This document shows, piece after piece, positions 1 to 13,230 of a stretch of 64,000 bases of DNA. The stretch's first letter is position 1; every line of letters starts with the position of its first letter. The DNA is from the human T2T-CHM13v2.0 reference genome, Homo sapiens. Both the position numbers and the translations under genes were made by a program. The stretch lies in NCBI RefSeq assembly GCF_009914755.1, contig NC_060933.1; one strand, written 5' to 3'. Below the pieces are notes generated by a model that had not been told where the DNA came from, made no database searches, and worked only from the letters and a program-made list of their open reading frames with translations.

Positions 1-478
1 TTCGGATTGATTCTATTCAACTCCCTTACTCTCCATTACATTCCATTGCATTCGGGTTGTTCCATTCCATTCCATTCCATTCCACTCCATTCCATTGCAC
101 TCGGGTTGATTCCATTCCATTCCATTCCATTCCATTCCATTCCGGATGATTCCATTCCATTGCATTCCGTTCCATTACATTCCCCTTCACTCGCATTGAT
201 TCCATTCCATTCCATTCCAATCCATTCAATTCCATTCCATTACAATTCGTTCCATTCCATTCTATTCCGTACCATTCCATTCCATTCCATACCATTCCAT
301 TCCATTCCATTCCATTCCATTCCATTCCATTCCGTTACATTCCGTTCCATTCCATTCCATTCCATTCTATTCGGGTTAATCCCATTCCATTCCATTCCAT
401 TCCATTCTAATCCATTCCATTGCAATCGAGTTGAATCCATTGCATTTCATTCCATTCCATTCCATTCCATTCCATTCC

Positions 479-493
479 ATTCCGGAAGATTCC
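479..493. promoter_or_regulatory. Perfect 3-unit heat-shock element (aTTCc gGAAg aTTCc); first of ~40 copies between 479 and 49791
   Basis: It matches the canonical HSF consensus of three alternating nGAAn/nTTCn pentamers. This is a sequence match only and binding is not shown. Confidence 0.6.
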
Positions 494-2929
494 ATTCCAT
501 TGCATTCCGTTCCATGCCATTCCCCTGCACTCGCGTTGATTCCATTCCATTCCATTCCATTCCATTCCATTCCATTCCATTCCGTTCGGTTCCGTTCCAT
601 TCCATTCCATTCCATTCCATTCCATTCCATTCCGTTCCGTTCCAATCCATTCCATTCCATTCTATTCGGGTTAATTCCATTCCATTCCATTCGATTGCAA
701 TCGTGTTGATTCCATTCCATTCCATTCCATTCCGGATGATTCCATTCCATTGCATTCCATTCCATTCCATTCTCCTGCACTCGGGTTGATTCCATTCCAT
801 TCCACTCCATTCCGTTCCATTCCATTCCATTCCATTGTATTCGGGTTAATTCCATTCCATTCCATTCCATTCCATTCCATTCCATTACAATCGAGTTGAT
901 TCCATTCCATTCCATTCCATTCCATTCCATTCCAGTCCTTTCCATTCCATTCCACTCGGGTTGATTCCATTCTATTAGTTTCCATTCCATTCCATTCCCT
1001 TCCATTCCACGCTGGTTGATTCCATTCCTTTCCATTCCACTCGAATACATTCCCTCCTATTCCACTCGGAACGATTCCATTCCATTCCATTCCATTCCAT
1101 TCCATTCCATTCCATTCCATTCCAGTTCGTTCCATTCCGTTCTATTCCGTACCATTCCATTCCATTCCATTCCTTTCCATTCCATTCCTTTCCACTCGTT
1201 TTGATTCCATTCCTTTCCATTCCATTCGGTTTGAAGGCATTCCATTCCATTCCATTGCATTCCATTCCATTCCATTCCATTCCATTCTATTCCATTCCAT
1301 TGCAATCGAGTTGAATCCATTGCCTTTCATTCCATTCCATTCCATTCCATTCCATTCCGGAAGATTCCATTCCATTGTATTCCATTCCATTCCATTCCCC
1401 TGTACTCGCGTTGATTCCATTCCATTCCATTCCATTCCATTCCGTTCCGTTCCATTCCATTCCATTCCATTCCATTCCGTTCCGTTCCATTCCATTCCAT
1501 TCAATTCTATTCGGGTTAATTCCATTCCATTCCATTCGATTGCCATCGAGTTGATTCCATTCCATTCCATTCCATTCCATTCCTTTCCATTCCATTCCAT
1601 TCCATTCCATTACGGATGACTCCATTCCATTGCATTCCATTCCATTCCATTCCTCTGTACTCGGGTTGATTCCATTCCATTCCATTCACCTCCATTCGGT
1701 TCCATTGCATTCCATTCGACTGCATTCCATTCTATTCGGGTTAATTCCATTCCATTCTATTCCATTCCATTCGATTCCATTCCATTGCAATGGAGTTGAT
1801 TCCATTCCATTCCATTCCATTCCGGATGATTCCATTCCATTGCATTCCATTCCATTCCATTCCCCTGCACTCGGGTTGATTCCATTCCATTCGATTACAT
1901 TACATTCCGTTCCATTCCATTCCATTCCATTCGGATTGATTTTATTCAATTCCCTTACACTCCATTACATTCCATTCCATTCGGGTAGTTTCCATTCCTT
2001 TCCATTACATTCCTCTCTATTCCATTGCACTCGGGTTGATTCCATTCCATTCCATTCCATTCCATTCCATTCCATTCCATTCCATTCCATTGTACTAGGG
2101 TTGATTCCATTCCATTGCATTCCATTCCATTCCATTCCATTCCATTCCATTCCATTCCGTTCCATTCCATTACATTACATTCGGATTGATTCTATTCAAC
2201 TCCCTTACTCTCCATTACATTCCATTCCATTCGGGTTGTTCCATTCCATTCCATTCCATTCCACTCCATTCCATTGCACTCGGGTTGATTCCATTCCATT
2301 CCATTCCATTCCATTCCATTCCATCCCGGATGATTCCATTCCATTGAATTCCGTTCCATTACATTCCCCTGCACTCCGGTTGATTCCATTCCATTCCATT
2401 CGATTCCATTCGATTCCATTCCATTCCAATTCGTTCCATTCCAATCTATTCCGTACCATTCCATTCCATTCCATACCATTCCATTCCATTCCATTCCATT
2501 CCATACCATTCCATTCCATTCCGTTCCATTCCATTCCATTCCATTCTATTCGGGTTAATTCCATTCCATTCCATTCCATTCCATTCTATTCCATTCCATT
2601 GCAATCGAGTTGAATCCATTGCTTTCCATTCCATTCCATTCCGGAAGATTCCATTCCATTGCAATCCATTCCATTCCATTCCCCTGCACTCGGGTTGATT
2701 CCATTCCATTCCATTCCATTCCATTCCATTCCGTTCCGTTCCATTCCGTTCCATTCCATTCCATTCCATTCCATTCCGTTCCGTTCCGTTCCGTTCCATT
2801 CCATTCCTTTCTATTTGGGTTAATTCCATTCCATTCCATTCGATTGCAATCGAGTTAATTCCATTCCATTCCATTCCATTCCATTCCATTCCTTTCCATT
2901 CCATTACGGATGATTCCATTCCATTGCAT

Positions 2930-5900
2930 TACATTCCGATTGACTCTATTCAACTCCCTTACTCTCCATTACATTCCATTCCATTCGGGTTGTTCCATTC
3001 CATTCCATTCCATTCCACTCCATTCCATTGCACTCGGGTTTATTCCATTCCATTCCATTCCATTCCATTCCATTCCATTCCATTCCGGAAGATTCCATTC
3101 CATTGCATTCCATTCCATTCCATTCCCCTGCACTCGCGTTGATTCCATTCCATTCCATTCCATTCCATTCCATTCCATTCCATTCCATTCCTTTCCGTTC
3201 CATTCCATTCCATTCCATTCCATTCCATTCCGTTCCGTTCCGTTCCATTCCATTCCATTCCATTCCATTCCATTCGGGTTAATTCCATTTCATTCCATTC
3301 GATTGCAATCGAGTTGATTCCATTCCATTCCATTCCATTCCATTCCATTCCATTCCATTCCTTTCCATTCCATTACGGATGATTCCATTCTATTGCATTC
3401 CATTCCATTCCATTCCCCTGTACTCGGGTTGATTCCATTCCATTCCATTCCAATCCATGCCATTCCACTCGTGTTGATTCCATTCTTTCCATTCCATTCA
3501 AGTTGAATCCATTCCATTGCATTCCATTCCATTCCATTCCCCTGCAGTCGGGTTGATTCCATTCCATTCCATTCCATTCCATTCGATTCCATTCCATTCC
3601 ATTCCGTTCCGTTCCGTTCCATTCCGTTCCTTTCCATTCTATTCGGGTTAATTCCATTCCATTCCATTCCATTCCATTCCAATCGAGTTGATTCCATTCC
3701 ATTCCATTCCATTCCATTCCACTCCATTCCAGTCCTTTCCATTCCATTCCACTCGGGTTGATTCCAATGTATTCCTTTCCATTCCATTCCATTCCATTGC
3801 AATCGAGTTGATTCCATTGCTTTGCATTCCATTCCATTCCATTCCATTCCGGATGATTCCATTCCATTGTATTCCATTCCATTCCATTCCCCTGCACTCG
3901 GGTTGATTCCATTCCATTCCACTCCATTCCGTTCCATTCCATTCCATTCCATTGTATTCGGGTTAATTCCATTCCATTCCATTCCATTCCATTCCATTCC
4001 ATTCCATTCCATTCCATTCCATTCCATTACAATCGAGTTGATTCCATTCCATTCCATTCCATTCCATTCCATTCCATTCCAGTCCTTTCCATTCCATTCC
4101 ACTCGGGTTGATTCCATTCTATTAGTTTCCATTACATTCCATTCCCTTCCATTCCACTCTGGTTGATTCCATTCCTTTCCATTCCACTCGAATACATTCC
4201 CTCCTATTCCACTCGGAACGATTCCATTCCATTCCATTCCATTCCATTCCATTCCATTCCATTCCAGTTCGTTCCATTCCGTTCTATTCCGTACCATTCC
4301 ATTCCATTCCATTCCTTTCCATTCCATTCCTTTCCACTAGTGTTGATTCCATTCCTTTCCATTCCATTCGGTTTGAAGGCATTCCATTCCATTCCATTCC
4401 ATTCCATTACATTACATTCCGTTCTATTCCATTCCATTGCAATCGAGTTGAACCCATTGCCTTTCATTCCATTCCATTCAATTCCATTCCATTCCATTCC
4501 GGAAGATTCCATTCCATTGCATTGCATTCCATTCCATTCCCCTGCACTCGCGTTGATTCCATTCCATTCCATTCCATTCCATTCCGTTCCGTTCCATTCC
4601 ATTCCATTCCATTCCATTCCATTCCGTTCCGTTCCATTCCATTCCATTCCATTCTATTCGGGTTAATTCCATTCCATTCCATGCGATTGCCATCGAGTTG
4701 ATTCCATTCCATTCCATTCCATTCCATTCCATTCCATTCCATTCCATTCCTTTCCATTCCATTACGGATGACTCCATTCCATTGCATTCCATTCCATTCC
4801 ATTCGTCTGTACTCGAGTTGATTCCATTCCATTCCATTCCACTCCATTCGGTTCCATTGCATTCCATTCTATTGCATTCCATTCTATTCGGGTTAATTCC
4901 ATTCCATTCTATTCCATTCCATTCCATTCCATTCCATTGCAATGGAGTTGATTCCATTCCATTCCATTCCATTCCGGATGATTTCATTTCATTGCATTCC
5001 ATTCCATTCCATTCCCCTGCACTCGTGTTGATTCCATTCCCTTCCATTGCATTCCATTCCGTTCCATTCCTTTCCATTCCATTCCATTCCATTCTATTCC
5101 GGTTAATTCCATTCCATTCCATTCCATTCCATTCCATTCCATTCCATTGCAATCGAGTTGATTCCATTCCATTCCTTTCCATTCCATTCCATTGCCTTGC
5201 ATTCCACTCGGGTTGATTCCATTCCCTTCTTTCCACTCCATTACATTCCCTTCCATGATTGATTCCATTCCATTCCATTCCATTTCATTCCATTGCAATC
5301 CATTCCAATCCATTCCATTCCATTCCATTCCACTCGAGTTGACTTCATTCCATTCCTTTCCATTCTATTCCATTCGTTTCCACTCGAGTTGATTCCATTC
5401 CATTCCAATCCATTACATTCCATTCCATGCCATTCCACTCGGGTTGATTCCATTCCTTTGCATTCCATTCCATTCCATTCCATTCCATTCCATTCCATTC
5501 CATTCCGTTGCATTCCATTCCATTACATTCGAATTGATTCTATTCAACTCCCTTACTCTCCATTACATTCCATTCCATTCGGGTTGTTCCATTCCATTCC
5601 ATTCCATTCCACTCCATTCCATTGCACTCGGGTTGATTCCATTCCATTGCATTCCATTCCATGCCGGATGATTCCATTCCATTGCATTCCGTTCCATTAC
5701 ATTCCCCTGCACTCGGGTTGATTCCTTTCCATTCCATTCCATTCCATTCGATTCCATTCCATTCCCCTGCACTCGCGTTGATTCCATTCCATTCCATTCC
5801 ATTCCATTCCATTCCATTCTATTCCATTCCATTCCTTTCCATTCCAGTCTTTTCCATTCCATTCCACACGGGTTGATTCCATTCTATTAGTTTCCATTCC

Positions 5901-8900
5901 ATTCCATGCCCTTCCATTCCACTCTGGTTGATTCCATTCCTTTCCATTCCACTCGAATACATTCCCTCCTATTCCACTCGGAACGATTCCATTCCTTTCC
6001 ATTCCATTCCATTCCATTCCATTCCATTCCATTCCATTCCATTTCGTTCCATTCCATTCTATTCCGTATCATTCCAGTCCATTCCATTCCATTCCATTCC
6101 ATTCCATTCCACTAATGTTGATTCCATTCCTTTCCATTCCATTCGGTTTGAAGGCATTCCATTCCATTCCATTCCATTCCATTCCATTGTACTCTTGCTG
6201 ATTCCATTCCATTGCATTCCATTCCATTCCATTCCATTCCGTTGCATTCAATTCCATTACATTCGGATTGATTCTATTCAACTCCCTTACTCTCCATTAC
6301 ATTCCATTCCATTCGGGTTGTTCCATTCCATTCCATTCCATTCCACTCCATTCCATTGCACTCGGGTTGATTCCATTCCATTCCATTCCATTCCATTCCA
6401 TTCCGGATGATTCCATGCCACTGCATTCCGTTTCATTACATTCCCCTGCACTCACGTTGATTCCATTCCATTCCATTCCATTCCATTCAATTCCTTTCCA
6501 ATACAATTCGTTCCATTCCATTCTATTCCGTACCAATCCATTCCATTCCATACCATTCCATTCCATTCCATTCCATTCCATTCCATTCCGTTGCATTCCG
6601 TTCCATTCCATTCCATTCCATTCTATTCGGGTTAATTCCATTCCATTCCATTCCATTCCATTCCATTCCATTCTATTCCATTCCATTGCATTCGAGTTGA
6701 ATCCATTGCATTTCATTCCATTCCATTCCATTCCATTCCATTCCGGAAGATTCCATTCCATTGCATTCCATTCCATTCCATTCCCCTGCACTCGCGTTGA
6801 TTCCATTCCATTCCATTCCATTCCATTCCATCCATTCCGTTCCGTTCCGTTCCATTCCATTCCATTCCATTCCATTCCATTCCGTTCCGTTCCATTCCAT
6901 TCCATTCCATTCTATTCGGGTTAATTCCATTCCATTCCATTCGATTGCAATCGAGTTGATTCCATTCCATTCCATTCCATTCCATTCCATTCCATTCCAT
7001 TCCATTCCTTTCCATTCCCTTCCGGATGATTCCATTCCATTGGATTCCATTCCATTCCATTCCCCTGTACTCGGGTTGATTCCATTCCATTCCATTCCAA
7101 TCCATGCCATTCCACTCCTGTTGATTCCATTCTTTCCATTCCATTCAAGTTGAATCCATTCCATTGCATTCCATTCCATTCGATTCCATTCGATTGCACT
7201 CGGGTTGATTCCATTCCATTGCATTCTATTCCATTCCATTCCATTCCATTCCATTCCATTACATTCGGATTGATTCTATTCAATTCCCTTACACTCCATT
7301 ACATTCCATTCCATTCGGGTAGTTTCCATTCCATTCCATTCCTCTCCATTCCATTGCACTCGGGTTGATTCCATTCCATTGCATTCCATTCCATTCCATT
7401 CAATTCCATTCCGTTCCATTCCATTCCATTACATTCGGTTTGATTCTATTCAACTCCCTTACTCTCCATTACATTCCATTCCATTCGGGTTGTTCCATTC
7501 CATTCCATTCCATTCCACTCCATTCCATTGCACTCGGGTTTATTCCATTCCATTCCATTCCATTCCATTCCATTCCATTCCATTCCGGAAGATTCCATTC
7601 CATTGCATACCATTCCATTCCATTCCCCTGCACTCGCGTTGTTTCCATTCCATTCCATTCCATTCCATTCCAATCCATTCCATTCCGTTCCGTTCCGTTC
7701 CATTCCATTCCATTCCATTCTATTCGGGTTAATTCCATTCCATTCCATTCGATTGCAATCGATTTGATTCCATTCCATTCCATTCCATTCCATTCCATTC
7801 CATTCCTTTCCATTCCATTACGGATGATTCCATTCCATTGCATTCCATTCCATTCCATTCCCCTGTACTCGGGTTGATTCCATTCCATTCCATTCCAATC
7901 CATGCCATTCCACTCGTGTTGATTCCATTCTTTCCATTCCATTCAAGTTGAATCCATTCCATTGCGTTCCATTCCATTCCATTACATTCGGATTGATTCT
8001 ATTCAATTCCCTTACAGTCCATTACTTTCCATTCCATTCGGGTAGTTTCCATTCCATTCCATTCCATTCCTCTCCATTCCATTGCACTCGGGTTGATTCC
8101 ATTCCATTGCATTCCATTCCATTCCATTCAATTCCATTCCGTTCCATTCCATTCCATTACATTCCGATTGACTCTATTCAACTCCCTTACTCTCCATTAC
8201 ATTCCATTCCATTCGGGTTGTTCCATTCCATTCCATTCCATTCCACTCCATTCCATTGCACTCGGGTTTATTCCATTCCATTCCATTCCATTCCATTCCA
8301 TTCCATTCCATTCCATTCCGGAAGATTCCATTCCATTGCATTCCATTCCATTCCATTCCCCTGCACTCGCGTTGATTCCATTCCATTCCATTCCATTCCA
8401 TTCCATTCCATTCCATTCCATTCCATTCCTTTCCGTTCCATTCCATTCCATTCCATTCCATTCCATTCCGTTCCGTTCCGTTCCATTCCATTCCATTCCA
8501 TTCCATTCCATTCGGGTTAATTCCATTTCATTCCATTCGATTGCAATCGAGTTGATTCCATTCCATTCCATTCCATTCCATTCCATTCCATTCCATTCCA
8601 TTCCTTTCCATTCCATTACGGATGATTCCATTCTATTGCATTCCATTCCATTCCATTCCCCTGTACTCGGGTTGATTCCATTCCATTCCATTCCAATCCA
8701 TGCCATTCCACTCGTGTTGATTCCATTCTTTCCATTCCATTCAAGTTGAATCCATTCCATTGCATTCCATTCCATTCCATTCCCCTGCAGTCGGGTTGAT
8801 TCCATTCCATTCCATTCCATTCCATTCCATTCCATTCCATTCCATTCCGTTCCGTTCCGTTCCGTTCCATTCCGTTCCTTTCCATTCTATTCGGGTTAAT

Positions 8901-11900
8901 TCCATTCCATTCCATTCCATTCCATTCCATTCCATTCCAATCGAGTTGATTCCATTCCATTCCATTCCATTCCATTCCACTCCATTCCAGTCCTTTCCAT
9001 TCCATTCCACTCGGGTTGATTCCAATGTATTCCTTTCCATTCCATTCCATTCCATTGCAATCGAGTTGATTCCATTGCTTTGCATTCCATTCCATTCCAT
9101 TCCATTCCGGATGATTCCATTCCATTGTATTCCATTCCATTCCATTCCCCTGCACTCGGGTTGATTCCATTCCATTCCACTCCATTCCGTTCCATTCCAT
9201 TCCATTCCATTGTATTCGGGTTAATTCCATTCCATTCCATTCCATTCCATTCCATTCCATTCCATTCCATTACAATCGAGTTGATTCCATTCCATTCCAT
9301 TCCATTCCATTCCATTCCAGTCCTTTCCATTCCATTCCACTCGGGTTGATTCCATTCTATTAGTTTCCATTACATTCCATTCCCTTCCATTCCACTCTGG
9401 TTGATTCCATTCCTTTCCATTCCACTCGAATACATTCCCTCCTATTCCACTCGGAACGATTCCATTCCATTCCATTCCATTCCATTCCATTCCATTCCAT
9501 TCCAGTTCGTTCCATTCCGTTCTATTCCGTACCATTCCATTCCATTCCATTCCTTTCCATTCCATTCCTTTCCACTAGTGTTGATTCCATTCCTTTCCAT
9601 TCCATTCGGTTTGAAGGCATTCCATTCCATTCCATTCCATTCCATTCCATTCCATTCCATTACATTACATTCCATTCTATTCCATTCCATTGCAATCGAG
9701 TTGAACCCATTGCCTTTCATTCCATTCCATTCAATTCCCTTCCATTCCATTCCGGAAGATTCCATTCCATTGCATTGCACTCCATTCCATTCCCCTGCAC
9801 TCGCGTTGATTCCATTCCATTCCATTCCATTCCATTCCGTTCCGTTCCATTCCATTCCATTCCATTCCATTCCATTCCATTCCGTTCCGTTCCATTCCAT
9901 TCCATTCCATTCTATTCGGGTTAATTCCATTCCATTCCATGCGATTGCCATCGAGTTGATTCCATTCCATTCCATTCCATTCCATTCCATTCCATTCCAT
10001 TCCTTTCCATTCCATTACGGATGACTCCATTCCACTGCATTCCATTCCATTCCATTCGTCTGTACTCGAGTTGATTCCATTCCATTCCATTCCACTCCAT
10101 TCGGTTCCATTGCATTCCATTCTATTGCATTCCATTCTATTCGGGTTAATTCCATTCCATTCTATTCCATTCCATTCCATTCCATTCCATTGCAATGGAG
10201 TTGATTCCATTCCATTCCATTCCATTCCGGATGATTCCATTTCATTGCATTCCATTCCATTCCATTCCCCTGCACTCGTGTTGATTCCATTCCCTTCCAT
10301 TCCATTCCATTCCGTTCCATTCCTTTCCATTCCATTCTATTCCGGTTAATTCCATTCCATTCCATTCCATTCCATTCCATTCCATTCCATTCCATTGCAA
10401 TCGAGTTGATTCCATTCCATTCCTTTCCATTCCATTCCATTGCCTTGCATTCCACTCGGGTTGATTCCATTCCCTTCTTTCCACTCCATTACATTCCCTT
10501 CCATGATTGATTCCATTCCATTCCATTCCATTTCATTCCATTGCAATCCATTCCAATCCATTCCATTCCATTCCATTCCACTCGAGTTGACTTCATTCCA
10601 TTCCTTTCCATTCTATTCCATTCGTTTCCACTCGAATTGATTCCATTCCATTCCAATCCATTACATTCCATTCCATGCCATTCCACTCGGGTTGATTCCA
10701 TTCCTTTGCATTCCATTCCATTCCATTCCATTCCATTCCATTCCATTCCATTCCATTCCGTTGCATTCCATTCCATTACATTCGAATTGATTCTATTCAA
10801 CTCCCTTACTCTCCATTACATTCCATTCCATTCGGGTTGTTCCATTCCATTCCATTCCATTCCACTCCATTCCATTGCACTCGGGTTGATTCCATTCCAT
10901 TGCATTCCATTCCATGCCGGATGATTCCATTCCATTGCATTCCGTTCCATTACATTCCCCTGCACTCGGGTTGATTCCTTTCCATTCCATTCCATTCCAT
11001 TCGATTCCATTCCATTCCCCTGCACTCGCGTTGATTCCATTCCATTCCATTCCATTCCATTCCATTCCATTCTATTCCATTCCATTCCTTTCCATTCCAG
11101 TCTTTTCCATTCCATTCCACTCGGGTTGATTCCATTCTATTAGTTTCCATTCCATTCCATGCCCTTCCATTCCACTCTGGTTGATTCCATTCCTTTCCAT
11201 TCCACTCGAATACATTCCCTCCTATTCCACTCGGAACGATTCCATTCCTTTCCATTCCATTCCATTCCATTCCATTCCATTCCATTCCATTCCATTTCGT
11301 TCCATTCCATTCTATTCCGTATCATTCCAGTCCATTCCATTCCATTCCATTCCATTCCATTCCACTAATGTTGATTCCATTCCTTTCCATTCCATTCGGT
11401 TTGAAGGCATTCCATTCCATTCCATTCCATTCCATTCCATTGTACTCTTGTTGATTCCATTCCATTGCATTCCATTCCATTCCATTCCATTCCGTTGCAT
11501 TCAATTCCATTACATTCGGATTGATTCTATTCAACTCCCTTACTCTCCATTACATTCCATTCCATTCGGGTTGTTCCATTCCATTCCATTCCATTCCACT
11601 CCATTCCATTGCACTCGGGTTGATTCCATTCCATTCCATTCCATTCCATTCCATTCCGGATGATTCCATGCCACTGCATTCCGTTTCATTACATTCCCCT
11701 GCACTCACGTTGATTCCATTCCATTCCATTCCATTCCATTCAATTCCTTTCCAATACAATTCGTTCCATTCCATTCTATTCCGTACCAATCCATTCCATT
11801 CCATACCATTCCATTCCATTCCATTCCATTCCATTCCGTTGCATTCCGTTCCATTCCATTCCATTCCATTCTATTCGGGTTAATTCCATTCCATTCCATT

Positions 11901-13230
11901 CCATTCCATTCCATTCTATTCCATTCCATTGCATTCGAGTTGAATCCATTGCATTTCATTCCATTCCATTCCATTCCATTCCATTCCGGAAGATTCCATT
12001 CCATTGCATTCCATTCCATTCCATTCCCCTGCACTCGCGTTGATTCCATTCCATTCCATTCCATTCCATTCCATCCATTCCGTTCCGTTCCGTTCCATTC
12101 CATTCCATACCATTCCATTCCATTCCGTTCCGTTCCATTCCATTCCATTCCATTCTATTCGGGTTAATTCCATTCCATTCCATTCCATTGCAATCGAGTT
12201 GATTCCATTCCATTCCATTCCATTCCATTCCATTCCATTCCATTCCTTTCCATTCCCTTCCGGATGATTCCATTCCATTGCATTTCATTCCATTCCATTC
12301 CCCTGTACTCGGGTTGATTCCATTCCATTCCATTCCAATCCATGCCATTCCACTCCTGTTGATTCCATTCTTTCCATTCCATTCAAGTTGAATCCATTCC
12401 ATTGCATTCCATTCCATTCGATTCCATTCGATTGCACTCGGGTTGATTCCATTCCATTGCATTCTATTCCATTCCATTCCATTCCATTCCATTCCATTCC
12501 ATTACATTCGGATTGATTCTATTCAATTCCCTTACACTCCATTACATTCCATTCCATTCGGGTAGTTTCCATTCCATTCCATTCCTCTCCATTCCATTGC
12601 ACTCGGGTTGATTCCATTCCATTGCATTCCATTCCATTCCATTCAATTCCATTCCGTTCCATTCCATTCCATTACATTCGGTTTGATTCTATTCAACTCC
12701 CTTACTCTCCATTACATTCCATTCCATTCGGGTTGTTCCATTCCATTCCATTCCATTCCACTGCATTCCATTGCACTCGGGTTTATTCCATTCCATTCCA
12801 TTCCATTCCATTCCATTCCATTCCATTCCATTCCATTCCGGAAGATTCCATTCCATTGCATACCATTCCATTCCATTCCCCTGCACTCGCGTTGTTTCCA
12901 TTCCATTCCATTCCATTCCATTCCAATCCATTCCATTCCGTTCCGTTCCGTTCCATTCCATTCCATTCCATTCTATTCGGGTTAATTCCATTCCATTCCA
13001 TTCGATTGCAATCGATTTGATTCCATTCCATTCCATTCCATTCCATTCCATTCCATTCCTTTCCATTCCATTACGGATGATTCCATTCCATTGCATTCCA
13101 TTCCATTCCATTCCCCTGTACTCGGGTTGATTCCATTCCATTCCATTCCAATCCATGCCATTCCACTCGTGTTGATTCCATTCTTTCCATTCCATTCAAG
13201 TTGAATCCATTCCATTGCGTTCCATTCCAT
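2930..13230 (+). repeat. Tandem segmental duplication, ~5.24 kb unit, 2 copies (~2930-7980 and ~8155-13230)
   Basis: Private markers recur: CCGATTGACTCT at 2936/8164, CCACTAGTG at ~4334/9572, TGCCTTGC at ~5193/10441, CCACTAATG at ~6109/11362 and ATTGCGTT at ~7961/13214. ORF-track offsets agree (4163/9401, 5540/10793, 5928/11181, 7365/12608; 5238-5253 bp). Confidence 0.88.
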
